From Spirochaetota bacterium (lineage in GTDB: Bacteria; Spirochaetota; UBA4802; UBA5550), in assembly GCA_050298055.1 (NCBI GenBank), contig JBNKTL010000008.1, positions 56,884 to 120,883 of the forward strand: a DNA stretch of 64,000 bases. The letters are read 5' to 3'. How positions within the stretch are numbered: the stretch's first letter is position 1; each line of letters opens with the position of its first letter. Made by a program: the position numbers and the translations under genes. Positions 18,992 to 27,786 of this stretch are shown here, in pieces. The notes under the pieces were generated by a model. The model saw nothing but the letters and a program-made list of their open reading frames with translations. It searched no databases and was not told the origin of the DNA.

Positions 18992-19191
18992 CTTCGACTG
19001 TGTGATTTTAACTATTTGCAAAAAATATAACCCCTGAATGAACCGGGGGTTACAAAAATAGATTTGTATAAAATCACACGGGCTCAGCACTGGTTATCAT
19101 TACGGCGTTAATTATTTTTAAGCCTGCCATCCCGGGCGCAGTGAAGCGAAGACCGGGATAAAGTGAATTACCACTTGCGCGGGAATGACAG
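18992..19191. repeat. Two REP-like palindromes; the first probably also acts as a terminator
   Basis: cttcgac-[tgtgtgatttta...taacccctg/cgggggtta...taaaatcacacg]-ggctcag at 18992-19087; ctgccatcccgg...ccgggat...cgggaatgacag at 19124-19191. Confidence 0.6.
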
Positions 19192-19202
19192 AGGAGAACA
19201 AG

Positions 19203-20357
19203 TTGGTAAAGACGGGACTTGACAAATTCCTGGAAGAAGCTGATAAGTACCGGGGGAGAAACATCGCGCTCCTGGTAAACCATTCATCGGTAACAGGTGA
19301 CTGCAGGTACATCTGGGACATTCTCCCCGGGAAAGGGCTGAATGTTAAGAGAATATTCTCGCCCGAGCACGGACTGTTCGGTACCGAGCAGGACCAGGTC
19401 CCTGTATCGTACCAGCCGGACCCCGGTGTTGAAGTTGTAAGCCTCTATTCCCATACATATGACTCCCTTTTTCCCGCGAAGAGGTATCTTGCAGATATCG
19501 ATATGGTCATATTTGACATGCAGGATGTGGGCAGCAGGTACTATACATATATTCACACCATGGTCTTTTTTATGAAGGCAATCAGCGGAATGGACATGGA
19601 GTTCATTGTGCTGGACAGACCCAATCCCCTGGGAGGCAGGGTTGAAGGGCCTTTATTGAAAAAAGGATTTGAGTCATTTGTGGGTGTCCTTCCTGTTCCG
19701 GTGAGGCACGGGCTCACGGCCGGAGAACTTGCACTCCTGGCAGCGGAACATTTTGATCTGGGTATCAATCTCAGAATAATAAAAACCGAAGGATGGGAGA
19801 GGAGCATGCTTTTTCCGGAAACCGGGCTCCCCTGGGTCCCCCCCTCACCAAACATGCCCTCCTTTGCCACGGCTCTTGTCTATCCCGGAATGTGCCTTTT
19901 CGAGGGACTGAATGTTTCCGAAGGGAGGGGGACCACCACCCCCTTTGAAAATTTCGGCGCCCCTTATATGGACCCCTACCTGCTTGCAGGGGAACTTAAC
20001 TCCGGGAGCATTGAGGGCGTTTACTTCAGGCCCCTCTATTTTATTCCAACTTTTCACAAGTACAGGGAGAATGTGGTGGGTGGAGTATTTATCCATGTTA
20101 CGGACAGAGATCTTTTCATGCCGTTTGCTGCCGGTGTGGCAATGGTCCATACCATAAAAAGACTCTATCCCGAACTTATCTTCCTTGATGATGTTTACGA
20201 ATTTAATACGGAACATCCTTCCTTTGACCTTTTGTCCGGAAACAGTGAAATACGCCGTATGATCGGGGAGGGTGAGAAGATGGATATTATCAGAGAGAGC
20301 TGGCTGGATGATGAGGAGAAGTTCAGGAATATGAGGGAGCAGTACCTCCTCTATTAA
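19203..20357 (+). CDS. namZ: Exo-beta-N-acetylmuramidase NamZ family (DUF1343)
   Basis: FSPEHG, DMQDVGSRYYTY, LDRPNP, WVPPSPNMP, VSEGRGTT. TTG 19203 follows GAGGAG; ATG 19185 lies inside the upstream repeat. Confidence 0.88.
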   Translation: MVKTGLDKFLEEADKYRGRNIALLVNHSSVTGDCRYIWDILPGKGLNVKRIFSPEHGLFGTEQDQVPVSYQPDPGVEVVSLYSHTYDSLFPAKRYLADIDMVIFDMQDVGSRYYTYIHTMVFFMKAISGMDMEFIVLDRPNPLGGRVEGPLLKKGFESFVGVLPVPVRHGLTAGELALLAAEHFDLGINLRIIKTEGWERSMLFPETGLPWVPPSPNMPSFATALVYPGMCLFEGLNVSEGRGTTTPFENFGAPYMDPYLLAGELNSGSIEGVYFRPLYFIPTFHKYRENVVGGVFIHVTDRDLFMPFAAGVAMVHTIKRLYPELIFLDDVYEFNTEHPSFDLLSGNSEIRRMIGEGEKMDIIRESWLDDEEKFRNMREQYLLY

Positions 20358-20382
20358 TCTTATGAAAGGAGCCGGATAGTCT

Positions 20383-21816
20383 ATGGGTCTGGATGCCGCG
20401 GTCATTACAGTCTATATCATACTGATTAACCTTATCGGGATCAGGTATTCAAAGGCGGGTAACATGGGAGACTATTTCCTGGGAAACAGAAGTATTCACT
20501 GGCTCCCCGCCAGTTTCTCCATTGTGGCAACGGAGACAAGTACCCTCACATTTATCTCCATACCCGGACTTGCCTATATAAAGGGAATGGGATTTATGCA
20601 GATTACCCTGGGGTATCTCATGGGAAGGGTCCTGGTTGCGGTTTTACTCCTTCCCGGTTACTTTAATGGCAATATACAGACGGTCTATGAATTTCTCCAG
20701 GAGAGGTTCGGTGTCTCGTCACGGAAGCTCCTTTCGGTTGTGTTTCACATAACGAGACTTCTGGCGGACAGTGTGAGGCTTTTCGCCACGGCCATTCCCC
20801 TTCATCTCCTTGCCGGTCTTGACTTCAGCGTATCCATCATTATCATCGGTGCGGCGACCTTCATCTATACCTTTTACGGCGGGATAAAATCTGTGGTCAT
20901 CGTTGACTCGGTACAGCTGGTTCTCTATATCTTCTGCGCGCTGGTCTGCCTGATGATCATCCCTGAACTTATGGGGAAGTCCTTTACCGATGTTTTCACC
21001 CTGATCCCCCCGGAGAGGATGAAAATATTCTCAACAGGTTTTGAGGACGGGGGATCAGTATGGAATTCCTATAATATCTTCTCCGGTGTTATCGGCGGCC
21101 TTTTTCTCTCATTCGCGTCTCATGGGACCGACCATCTTATTGTGCAGAGGGTCCTCTCGTGCAGAGACCTCAAATCCGCAAAAAAAGCGATGATTTCAAG
21201 CGGGATCGCGGTGATGTTCCAGTTTTTCCTCTTTCTCCTGGTGGGGCTCTTCATAATGGTTTTCCTGGAGAATAAAAGTTTTGGTAAACCCGACGAGATA
21301 ATGCCTTTCTTTATCATCAATTATCTCCCGGACGGCCTGAGAGGACTCATGCTGGCAGGGATCTTTGCCGCGGCAATGTCCACGCTCAGTTCCTCCATAA
21401 ATTCCCTTTCCGCCTCGACTGCAATGGACCTGTTGGAAATTAACAACAGGGATATTTCAGATGCAAAAAAAATCAGGATATCACGGATGATCTCTCTTTT
21501 CTGGACTTTTATTATTGTCCTTATCTCCACGCTGCTCACCGATACGGGGAATCCGCTGGTTGAGCTGGGGCTTGCAATAGCCTCTGTTACATACGGAGGG
21601 ATACTGGGAATTTTTCTCCTGGGAAGGTTCTTCCCGTTACTGGGTGAAAAGCCGGCAATTGCGGGTTCACTGGCGGGGATAGGCCTGACTGCGGTTATTG
21701 CAGGGAGCGGAAAGGTCTTCTGGCCCTGGTATGTCCCCATAGGGACTTTGATCACTGTTGTGGCGGGTATGCTGATTCATTATGCGGGGAAGATTCAGTC
21801 AGTTCATAATGGGTAA
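20383..21816 (+). CDS. Sodium:solute symporter (SSS)
   Basis: SIVATETSTLTFISIPG, GGIKSVV..D..Q, VQRVLS, FAAAMSTLSSSINSL; about 13 TM segments. Confidence 0.92.
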   Translation: MGLDAAVITVYIILINLIGIRYSKAGNMGDYFLGNRSIHWLPASFSIVATETSTLTFISIPGLAYIKGMGFMQITLGYLMGRVLVAVLLLPGYFNGNIQTVYEFLQERFGVSSRKLLSVVFHITRLLADSVRLFATAIPLHLLAGLDFSVSIIIIGAATFIYTFYGGIKSVVIVDSVQLVLYIFCALVCLMIIPELMGKSFTDVFTLIPPERMKIFSTGFEDGGSVWNSYNIFSGVIGGLFLSFASHGTDHLIVQRVLSCRDLKSAKKAMISSGIAVMFQFFLFLLVGLFIMVFLENKSFGKPDEIMPFFIINYLPDGLRGLMLAGIFAAAMSTLSSSINSLSASTAMDLLEINNRDISDAKKIRISRMISLFWTFIIVLISTLLTDTGNPLVELGLAIASVTYGGILGIFLLGRFFPLLGEKPAIAGSLAGIGLTAVIAGSGKVFWPWYVPIGTLITVVAGMLIHYAGKIQSVHNG

Positions 21817-21858
21817 ATCTAATTGACAAATAGCCTTATAAAGGAATAATAACTCAAG

Positions 21859-22002
21859 GTAACTATTCAGCTCTATGGTTAAAAGCAATTGTATTTTCTG
21901 AAATATTAACAATATGTCCCCGCCGCCTTCGGCGGCGGGGACATATCAGTTTTGTTTTTTCGATAAATATGATTGTTTTTAAAACTAAACTTGAGTAGTT
22001 GC
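21859..22002 (+). mobile_element. MITE copy 3, complete (144 bp) with 8-bp TSD
   Basis: TIR gtaactattcagct / ttgagtagttgc; perfect 16-bp stem 21912-21946 with TTC loop; flanks aactcaag (21851-58) / aacttaag (22003-10). Confidence 0.88.
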
Positions 22003-22034
22003 AACTTAAGAAACAATTGAAATTTCAAGAAGAT

Positions 22035-22985
22035 ATGAGCGAAGATAAAGAGAAAGTCAGAGATTTTGTTGATCACCTTTTCAGCAATCCCAATATATCA
22101 AGTGAAACGACGCTGATTGCCGAGGGTTTACTGATTAATTTTATTATCCAGAATATGAACCAGTTAAAACTGACTTTTAAAACTCCCCAGTTTTTTCCAC
22201 ATCTTGAATGGAACCAGGTCCTTCAGCTTATACTCTCCGATCTGTATGAGCGGGTATCCTCCGAGGTGCTTCCTGTTCTCGATGAATTCTTTGAAGAGAT
22301 GGATTATGATGCCCTGGAACGGATATCTGACAACAGCAATTTTCCCGCCGACTTTCAGCAGGAGAAACTGAAAAGTTTTGTCAGGACAATAATTAAGAAC
22401 AAGGATGTGAGATACAACCTCAACAGTACCGTGACAATGCTGAAGAATAAGACCGTCGATAACTATATCGGCGAGATCTTCAACCACAGGGGGTTCCTTT
22501 TTAACGAGATAACAAGGGTCCAGAAAAACAACCTTGAGGTGGGGGAATATATTGTCTTCGCAAAGATCCTCCTTATCCTGAGAAGCGGGGCCCATATGAA
22601 GATAGATTCCCCTTCTACCGGAACTACAAAGAAACTCAGCCTCAACGAAGCCCTGAGGATGAGAGGCAAACTTCAAAATTACCTGGGGGACCTGGCGCAG
22701 TATATTAAGCAGCAAATCCCGTTTCTTTCCAATAAGACCATTACCCTTGCCGTTAAGTCGAATCTTCAGAGGCAGATGACCGATCTGGAGGAGGGGGTAT
22801 CCAGGCTCCTCTACATCCTCTGCACCCGGTATCACAACTATAAACCGGTGGGAAAGATCGACCGGGGTGCCGAATCACCCGATAAGAGCTGGTTCTCTAT
22901 CGCAAAAAAGAATGCCGAGTATTACGGTTTTGATAAAAGAATGCTGGATGAGCTGTATATGATAGCCGGAGATAACAACTGGTAA
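22035..22985 (+). CDS. Conserved hypothetical cytoplasmic protein (spirochaete-type, C-terminal DRGAESPDKSW...GDNNW)
   Basis: Long ORF; ATG 22035 preferred because TTG 21999 lies in the MITE end; 5 bp gap to the next gene. Confidence 0.75.
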   Translation: MSEDKEKVRDFVDHLFSNPNISSETTLIAEGLLINFIIQNMNQLKLTFKTPQFFPHLEWNQVLQLILSDLYERVSSEVLPVLDEFFEEMDYDALERISDNSNFPADFQQEKLKSFVRTIIKNKDVRYNLNSTVTMLKNKTVDNYIGEIFNHRGFLFNEITRVQKNNLEVGEYIVFAKILLILRSGAHMKIDSPSTGTTKKLSLNEALRMRGKLQNYLGDLAQYIKQQIPFLSNKTITLAVKSNLQRQMTDLEEGVSRLLYILCTRYHNYKPVGKIDRGAESPDKSWFSIAKKNAEYYGFDKRMLDELYMIAGDNNW

Positions 22986-22990
22986 TAAAA

Positions 22991-24130
22991 ATGAAACTAC
23001 GAGATTTTCTTGAAAACTTTATCCTTGTTGCCATTGTTCTTGTGCTGGTACAGACGTTTCTTTCGGAGGCCAGCGTCTACGGGCACTGGAGTGTAAAAAC
23101 ACGAAATATCCTTATTTACTGCGGGTTCGCGTTCGACCTGATATTCTCCGTGGAATTCATCACGAGGACAGTTTTTGCCGGGAAAGGGAAAAAAGAGAAG
23201 TTCCGCTACTGGTTTTATGAAAGGGGCTGGGTCGATTTTATCAGTTCGGTCCCCCTCCTGGTCCTGGATTCCGGGCCATCGGTCCTCTTTCTTCTTTCCG
23301 GGGCAACAGGGGCGGCCGGGTCGGAGGTGGGAGTGCTCAATGTCCTGAAGGTTGTAAAAGCCATAAGGGTCACACGGATACTCAGGCTTGTACGAATAAT
23401 CAAGATCTTCGGTAAAATCCACAACGCGGAATCAAAAATGGCCCAGCATCATACGGCCACGATCTCTACCACGGCAGTTTTTACTATCGTTATGACCCTG
23501 ATGGTATTTTCCTTTTTTACAGACAGTTCAGGTTCGGGAAAGATCTCCGAGAGAAAACGGGAATATATAAGTTACTTGGAGGTCTTTAAGGGCATGGGGG
23601 AGGATGCAAAGATCCCGGTTGATGAAATTGTCATGACCATGTTCACCGGTGACAGGAAGATTATAAAAGTCTCTGACGGGAAAAAGAACATTGTTGAAAA
23701 CATCAACAAGGAATATTTAAAAAAGTATTACAACCATGAAGACTCTGTTACGGCTAAGGCCGGGAAATATACCCTCTTCATATCCATCACGGATATTAAC
23801 GGGGATATAGCCCAGGAGCATATCAAGAGCTTCCTGATAATCGTATTTGTTGTTCTCTCTTTTATGATAATCTATACCATGCACTTTGTTAAAAATATCA
23901 GTGATCTTGTCCATATTCTTAACAAGGGACTGAGAAAGAAGGATTATAGTTTGCAGATCAAAATAAAGGATATCTATAAAGACCATGAGGTCTTCAGGGT
24001 CGCAAAGTTCTATAATGACGCGTATCTTCCGGCCAAACTCAAGAGAAACCGGGAAGAGAATGAAAAAAAGAGTTCCCGTCTCTCCATGAAAGACCTGATG
24101 GATTTCAAGAGCGGGGATGGGGCGGAGTGA
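22991..24130 (+). CDS. Membrane protein with voltage-sensor-like S1-S4 (Ion_trans) region, extracytoplasmic loop and HAMP-like tail; no pore motif
   Basis: FDLIFSVEF (S2), WVDFISSVP (S3), KVVKAIRVTRILRLVRIIK (S4); two more TMs flanking a ~100 aa soluble region. Confidence 0.75.
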   Translation: MKLRDFLENFILVAIVLVLVQTFLSEASVYGHWSVKTRNILIYCGFAFDLIFSVEFITRTVFAGKGKKEKFRYWFYERGWVDFISSVPLLVLDSGPSVLFLLSGATGAAGSEVGVLNVLKVVKAIRVTRILRLVRIIKIFGKIHNAESKMAQHHTATISTTAVFTIVMTLMVFSFFTDSSGSGKISERKREYISYLEVFKGMGEDAKIPVDEIVMTMFTGDRKIIKVSDGKKNIVENINKEYLKKYYNHEDSVTAKAGKYTLFISITDINGDIAQEHIKSFLIIVFVVLSFMIIYTMHFVKNISDLVHILNKGLRKKDYSLQIKIKDIYKDHEVFRVAKFYNDAYLPAKLKRNREENEKKSSRLSMKDLMDFKSGDGAE

Positions 24131-25078
24131 TTACTCATATACCTCAATGATCTTCAGGGACGAGTACTCGGGTAGATCGTCACTGTGAAAATCTTCATCA
24201 AAAACAATTAATATCTCCGTTCGTATGTTTTCCTTGATGATAAAATAAAATTCCCCGGTGAGTTTCCTTACAAAATCTATGCCACGGCCTGTTTCCGAAA
24301 CCATAGCTGAGACATCTTCCCCTGTTTCAACAGACTCCTCAATGAGCTGTTCCTGTTCAATAACCGAGTTTATGCTCTCCAGTATCTTCATTTTTGTGAG
24401 ATTCCCGTTGTAATCATCAATTGCGATTCCGTACCCGGTTTTACCGTATCCGAAAAAGAGGTCTACATATTTCCCTTCATTAAGTTCAAGGGATTTCCGG
24501 GCAATCTTCATCTCGGTATGCCCGTGGGAGTGATAAACAGCATTGATTGCCATTTCATTAAGCACCAGGCTGAAAGCCATCCTGTCCCTGATGGTAAATC
24601 CATCGGCTTCAATCTCATTCATGATAACAGGAATTGCTTTCTGGATATGAGAAGACTTGGTAATCCTGATTTTTTTTATTTCCACGAGGTCTTTCATATA
24701 GTTATTGAGACCGAAAATGTTCTTTTTTGTAATGAGTTTCTCAACCAGTTTTAAAAGTTCATCGCGTTTTATGGGTTTGCAGAGTATATTGCCTATCCCC
24801 TCTTTAAATATCTGTTCGAAGAAGGCATTCATATTTTTTTCAGTGGTCATAATAACGGGTATATAGGGGTAATTCTGCTTAATATATTTATAGAGGTCAA
24901 ATGCGTTGTCCCCGGGAAGTTCTACCTCTGAAATAATCAGGTGAAAATCAAAGGCCTTCAGTTTGGACATTGCGTCATAAGCTGATGTGCAGAGTTCAAT
25001 CCTGTACTGGTTGTTTTCCAGAATTTTTACCAGTGATTCTTTATAATCAGAAAAATCAACGATTAGTATATTATACAT
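24131..25078 (-). CDS. Receiver domain + RsbW/SpoIIAB-like HATPase domain protein
   Basis: N-terminal REC (ILIVD...IISEVELP...CKP); LNEMAINAVYH, DDYNG, GRGI boxes. Confidence 0.78.
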   Translation of the reverse strand: MYNILIVDFSDYKESLVKILENNQYRIELCTSAYDAMSKLKAFDFHLIISEVELPGDNAFDLYKYIKQNYPYIPVIMTTEKNMNAFFEQIFKEGIGNILCKPIKRDELLKLVEKLITKKNIFGLNNYMKDLVEIKKIRITKSSHIQKAIPVIMNEIEADGFTIRDRMAFSLVLNEMAINAVYHSHGHTEMKIARKSLELNEGKYVDLFFGYGKTGYGIAIDDYNGNLTKMKILESINSVIEQEQLIEESVETGEDVSAMVSETGRGIDFVRKLTGEFYFIIKENIRTEILIVFDEDFHSDDLPEYSSLKIIEVYE

Positions 25079-25141
25079 TTTTTATAACATTTTTTATACG
25101 GCAGTTATACTAAAATTGCCGAAATGAATTATGTGTAAATT

Positions 25142-25282
25142 GTGACCACTCAACACTGTCATCAGAATAAGCATATTGGGTAAAATTCCCAATAACAGGT
25201 CCCTGCCGCTTTGGGTGGGCGGGGGCATGTTCGTTGCAATTTTAACAAATAGAATTATTCCTGTACATTGTCGAGTCGTTTC
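25142..25282 (-). mobile_element. MITE copy 4, full length (141 bp) but strongly degenerate
   Basis: Ends gtgaccactcaa / tcgagtcgtttc; internal gaataagcatatt; eroded hairpin gtccctgccgc...ggcgggggcat. Confidence 0.55.
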
Positions 25283-25356
25283 CTTTAATTTAGTAATTGA
25301 CGTACTAAATAAAATTTGATATTTTTGCAACAAATAATTTTGTTGAGAAGGAGTGC

Positions 25357-26070
25357 ATGGAGGTTAAAATGAGATTTTTCATTATTGCATTGATTATCGC
25401 TTTCGCGTTGACTCAATCATCAGATGCACAGAACAAAACAGGAGAAAAAAGTGAAAGGCAGTATACTCTGAAGTCGGAAAAGCTTGACAGCCAGGGGAAA
25501 GAGCTGGATTCCCAGATAATCGATCTCAACACTAAAATTGCAACGGTCATTAAAAAATTTGATCTGCTCAATACACCGGGAATCAGGATCCTTCCTTACC
25601 AGACAACTTATGTTCTGGGTAAGGATTATATTGAAATGGAAAAACATCTTTTCATAAAGGATACCCTCTATAACAGGAAAATTGCCGGTATAAAGAAGAA
25701 AAAAATAAAGATAATCACAAACGGACAGACCATATCCAGGATTGAGTCGACTATCTATGAAAAGGACTTCGATTCGGGGCGCGTGAATGAAGTAATAATT
25801 ATTGATCCCTCTCCTCTGAGCAGTGATACCAATGATATAACATTCACGCATAGTTATGTGGGGAAGCAGGTTGTTAAAGGTAAAAAGATGGGAGATATTA
25901 AGAATACAACAGCCAATCCTGTGCGAAATGAGATTAAAAGGGAGTTTCTTATTCCCCATCTTACAATCTTTTATAACTCACTGCTCTTTATTGCGGGATC
26001 GTATTATAAATCACTGAAAGATACAGATTCCAGTATGTCTGAATTTCTGAGGAAATCTACAAGGTACTAA
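25357..26070 (+). CDS. fcpB: Secreted protein resembling Leptospira flagellar coiling protein FcpB
   Basis: Signal peptide; LDSQIIDLN, IRILPYQT, NTTANPVRNEIKREFLIPHL and terminal STRY match FcpB segments as I recall them (LDEKIFELN, VRVLPFRT, NTKTHPIRNSFKKEFYIKHL, SLRY). Confidence 0.62.
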   Translation: MEVKMRFFIIALIIAFALTQSSDAQNKTGEKSERQYTLKSEKLDSQGKELDSQIIDLNTKIATVIKKFDLLNTPGIRILPYQTTYVLGKDYIEMEKHLFIKDTLYNRKIAGIKKKKIKIITNGQTISRIESTIYEKDFDSGRVNEVIIIDPSPLSSDTNDITFTHSYVGKQVVKGKKMGDIKNTTANPVRNEIKREFLIPHLTIFYNSLLFIAGSYYKSLKDTDSSMSEFLRKSTRY

Positions 26071-26284
26071 AAATTTATGTTCATATCCCGGTACAGGATC
26101 AGGGATGAATTCTGGTTCTGTATCAGGGAGAGTCGGCATACTCCCGGCAAAAAAGGTTGACACCTGACCGGTTCAGAATACCCTTAACCCGCTTAATGAA
26201 ATAAATGGTATAACCGGCAAATCAATTTGGAATAAGACCTGCATTTGACCTGAGACAATACAACCGGAAATAATCTATTTGAGA

Positions 26285-26372
26285 GTAATTATTCTATATT
26301 ATATGAAATAATAGTATAAATAAAAAATATTTATGATATCTTATTGTGGTCCAGGGCGGCGGGGAGAGGTCA
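26285..26372 (+). repeat. Degenerate MITE remnant
   Basis: gtaattattc start and ggcggcgggga half-stem at roughly the expected spacing. Confidence 0.35.
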
Positions 26373-26435
26373 TGAATATTTATCCTCATTTTTTATGAAG
26401 TTATATATTTTACCAAATGCTATAGGAGTGTTTAT

Positions 26436-27764
26436 ATGAAAATGGCCGTAGTAGGAACCGGGTATGTCGGATTGGTAACCGGCACCTGTTTTGCAGACAT
26501 GGGTAATGATGTATGGTGTATTGATATTGACAAGGATAAAATCGAAAACCTCAGGAAAGGAATAATGCCCATCTATGAACCGGGTCTGGAGGAGCTTGTC
26601 AAGAGAAACTATAAGGAGGGGAGGCTGCAATTTACAACAGATCTTAAAGAGGGTGTTGAGAAAGCACTTTTTATTTTTATTGCAGTTGGGACTCCTCCGG
26701 ATGAGGATGGCTCTGCCGATCTGCAGCATGTACTCAATGTGGCCGCAGAAATCGGCAGGGAAATGGAAAGCTACAAAATTGTTGTGGATAAATCAACGGT
26801 TCCTGTTGGTACGGCGGAAAAAGTCAGAAAAGTCATTCAGGATGAGCTGGATAAAAGGGAGATGGGGGATATTGAGTTTGACGTAGTCTCCAATCCCGAA
26901 TTCCTCAAAGAAGGGAATGCCATTGAGGATTTTATGAGGCCCGACAGAATTATTGTTGGTACAGACAATGTCAGGACAAACGAGCTTATGAATGAGCTCT
27001 ATTCCCCATTTTACAGGAAGGACGATAAAGTTATAGCCATGAACATCCCTTCCGCAGAGCTTACGAAGTATGCGGCAAATGCAATGCTGGCAACAAGGAT
27101 CAGTTTCATGAACGAGCTCGCACGCCTGTGTGAAATAACCGGTGCGGATATACATCATGTGAGGAGGGGGATTGGTTCTGATTCGAGAATAGGCAAGGAC
27201 TTTCTCTATGCCGGTATCGGTTACGGCGGGTCCTGTTTCCCAAAAGATGTGAGGGCCCTGATCCATACACTGAGAGAAAACGGCCTGGAATCATCAATAC
27301 TCGATTCCGTGGAGGAAGTGAACAAACTTCAAAGAGAAAACTTTGTGCAAAAAGTCGTTTCTTATATGGGCGAGGACCTCAGCGGCAAATTATTTGCGGT
27401 ATGGGGACTTGCATTTAAGCCAAATACTGATGACATGAGGGAGGCGCCGGCAATCAATATCATTAACAGTCTCAGGGAGAGGGGCGCCAGGTTTAGTGCC
27501 TATGATCCTATTGCAATTGAAACTGCCCGGTCGGTCATCGGAGATAAGAATATTGAGTATCATTCAAAGTATTACGATGTGCTCAAGGGTGCCGATGCAC
27601 TTCTGCTCCTTACCGAATGGCACCACTTCAGGAAACCCGATTTTGAAAAAATGAAGGAGCTCATGAAGGCTCCTCTGATATTTGACGGAAGAAACCAGTA
27701 TGAACCCTCACATATGAAGGAGAGGGGATTTAACTATTTCTGTATAGGCAGGGTCCAGCAGTAA
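26436..27764 (+). CDS. ugd: UDP-glucose 6-dehydrogenase
   Basis: GTGYVG, KSTVPVGT, SNPEFLKEG, GYGGSCFPKD, FKPNTDDMRE. Confidence 0.95.
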   Translation: MKMAVVGTGYVGLVTGTCFADMGNDVWCIDIDKDKIENLRKGIMPIYEPGLEELVKRNYKEGRLQFTTDLKEGVEKALFIFIAVGTPPDEDGSADLQHVLNVAAEIGREMESYKIVVDKSTVPVGTAEKVRKVIQDELDKREMGDIEFDVVSNPEFLKEGNAIEDFMRPDRIIVGTDNVRTNELMNELYSPFYRKDDKVIAMNIPSAELTKYAANAMLATRISFMNELARLCEITGADIHHVRRGIGSDSRIGKDFLYAGIGYGGSCFPKDVRALIHTLRENGLESSILDSVEEVNKLQRENFVQKVVSYMGEDLSGKLFAVWGLAFKPNTDDMREAPAINIINSLRERGARFSAYDPIAIETARSVIGDKNIEYHSKYYDVLKGADALLLLTEWHHFRKPDFEKMKELMKAPLIFDGRNQYEPSHMKERGFNYFCIGRVQQ

Positions 27765-27786
27765 AGGGATCCACAGGAGGGATTGA

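Noticed and set aside
21999..22034. TTG start for the 328-aa ORF
   Set aside because: Lies in the MITE terminus/TSD; ATG 22035 is more plausible.
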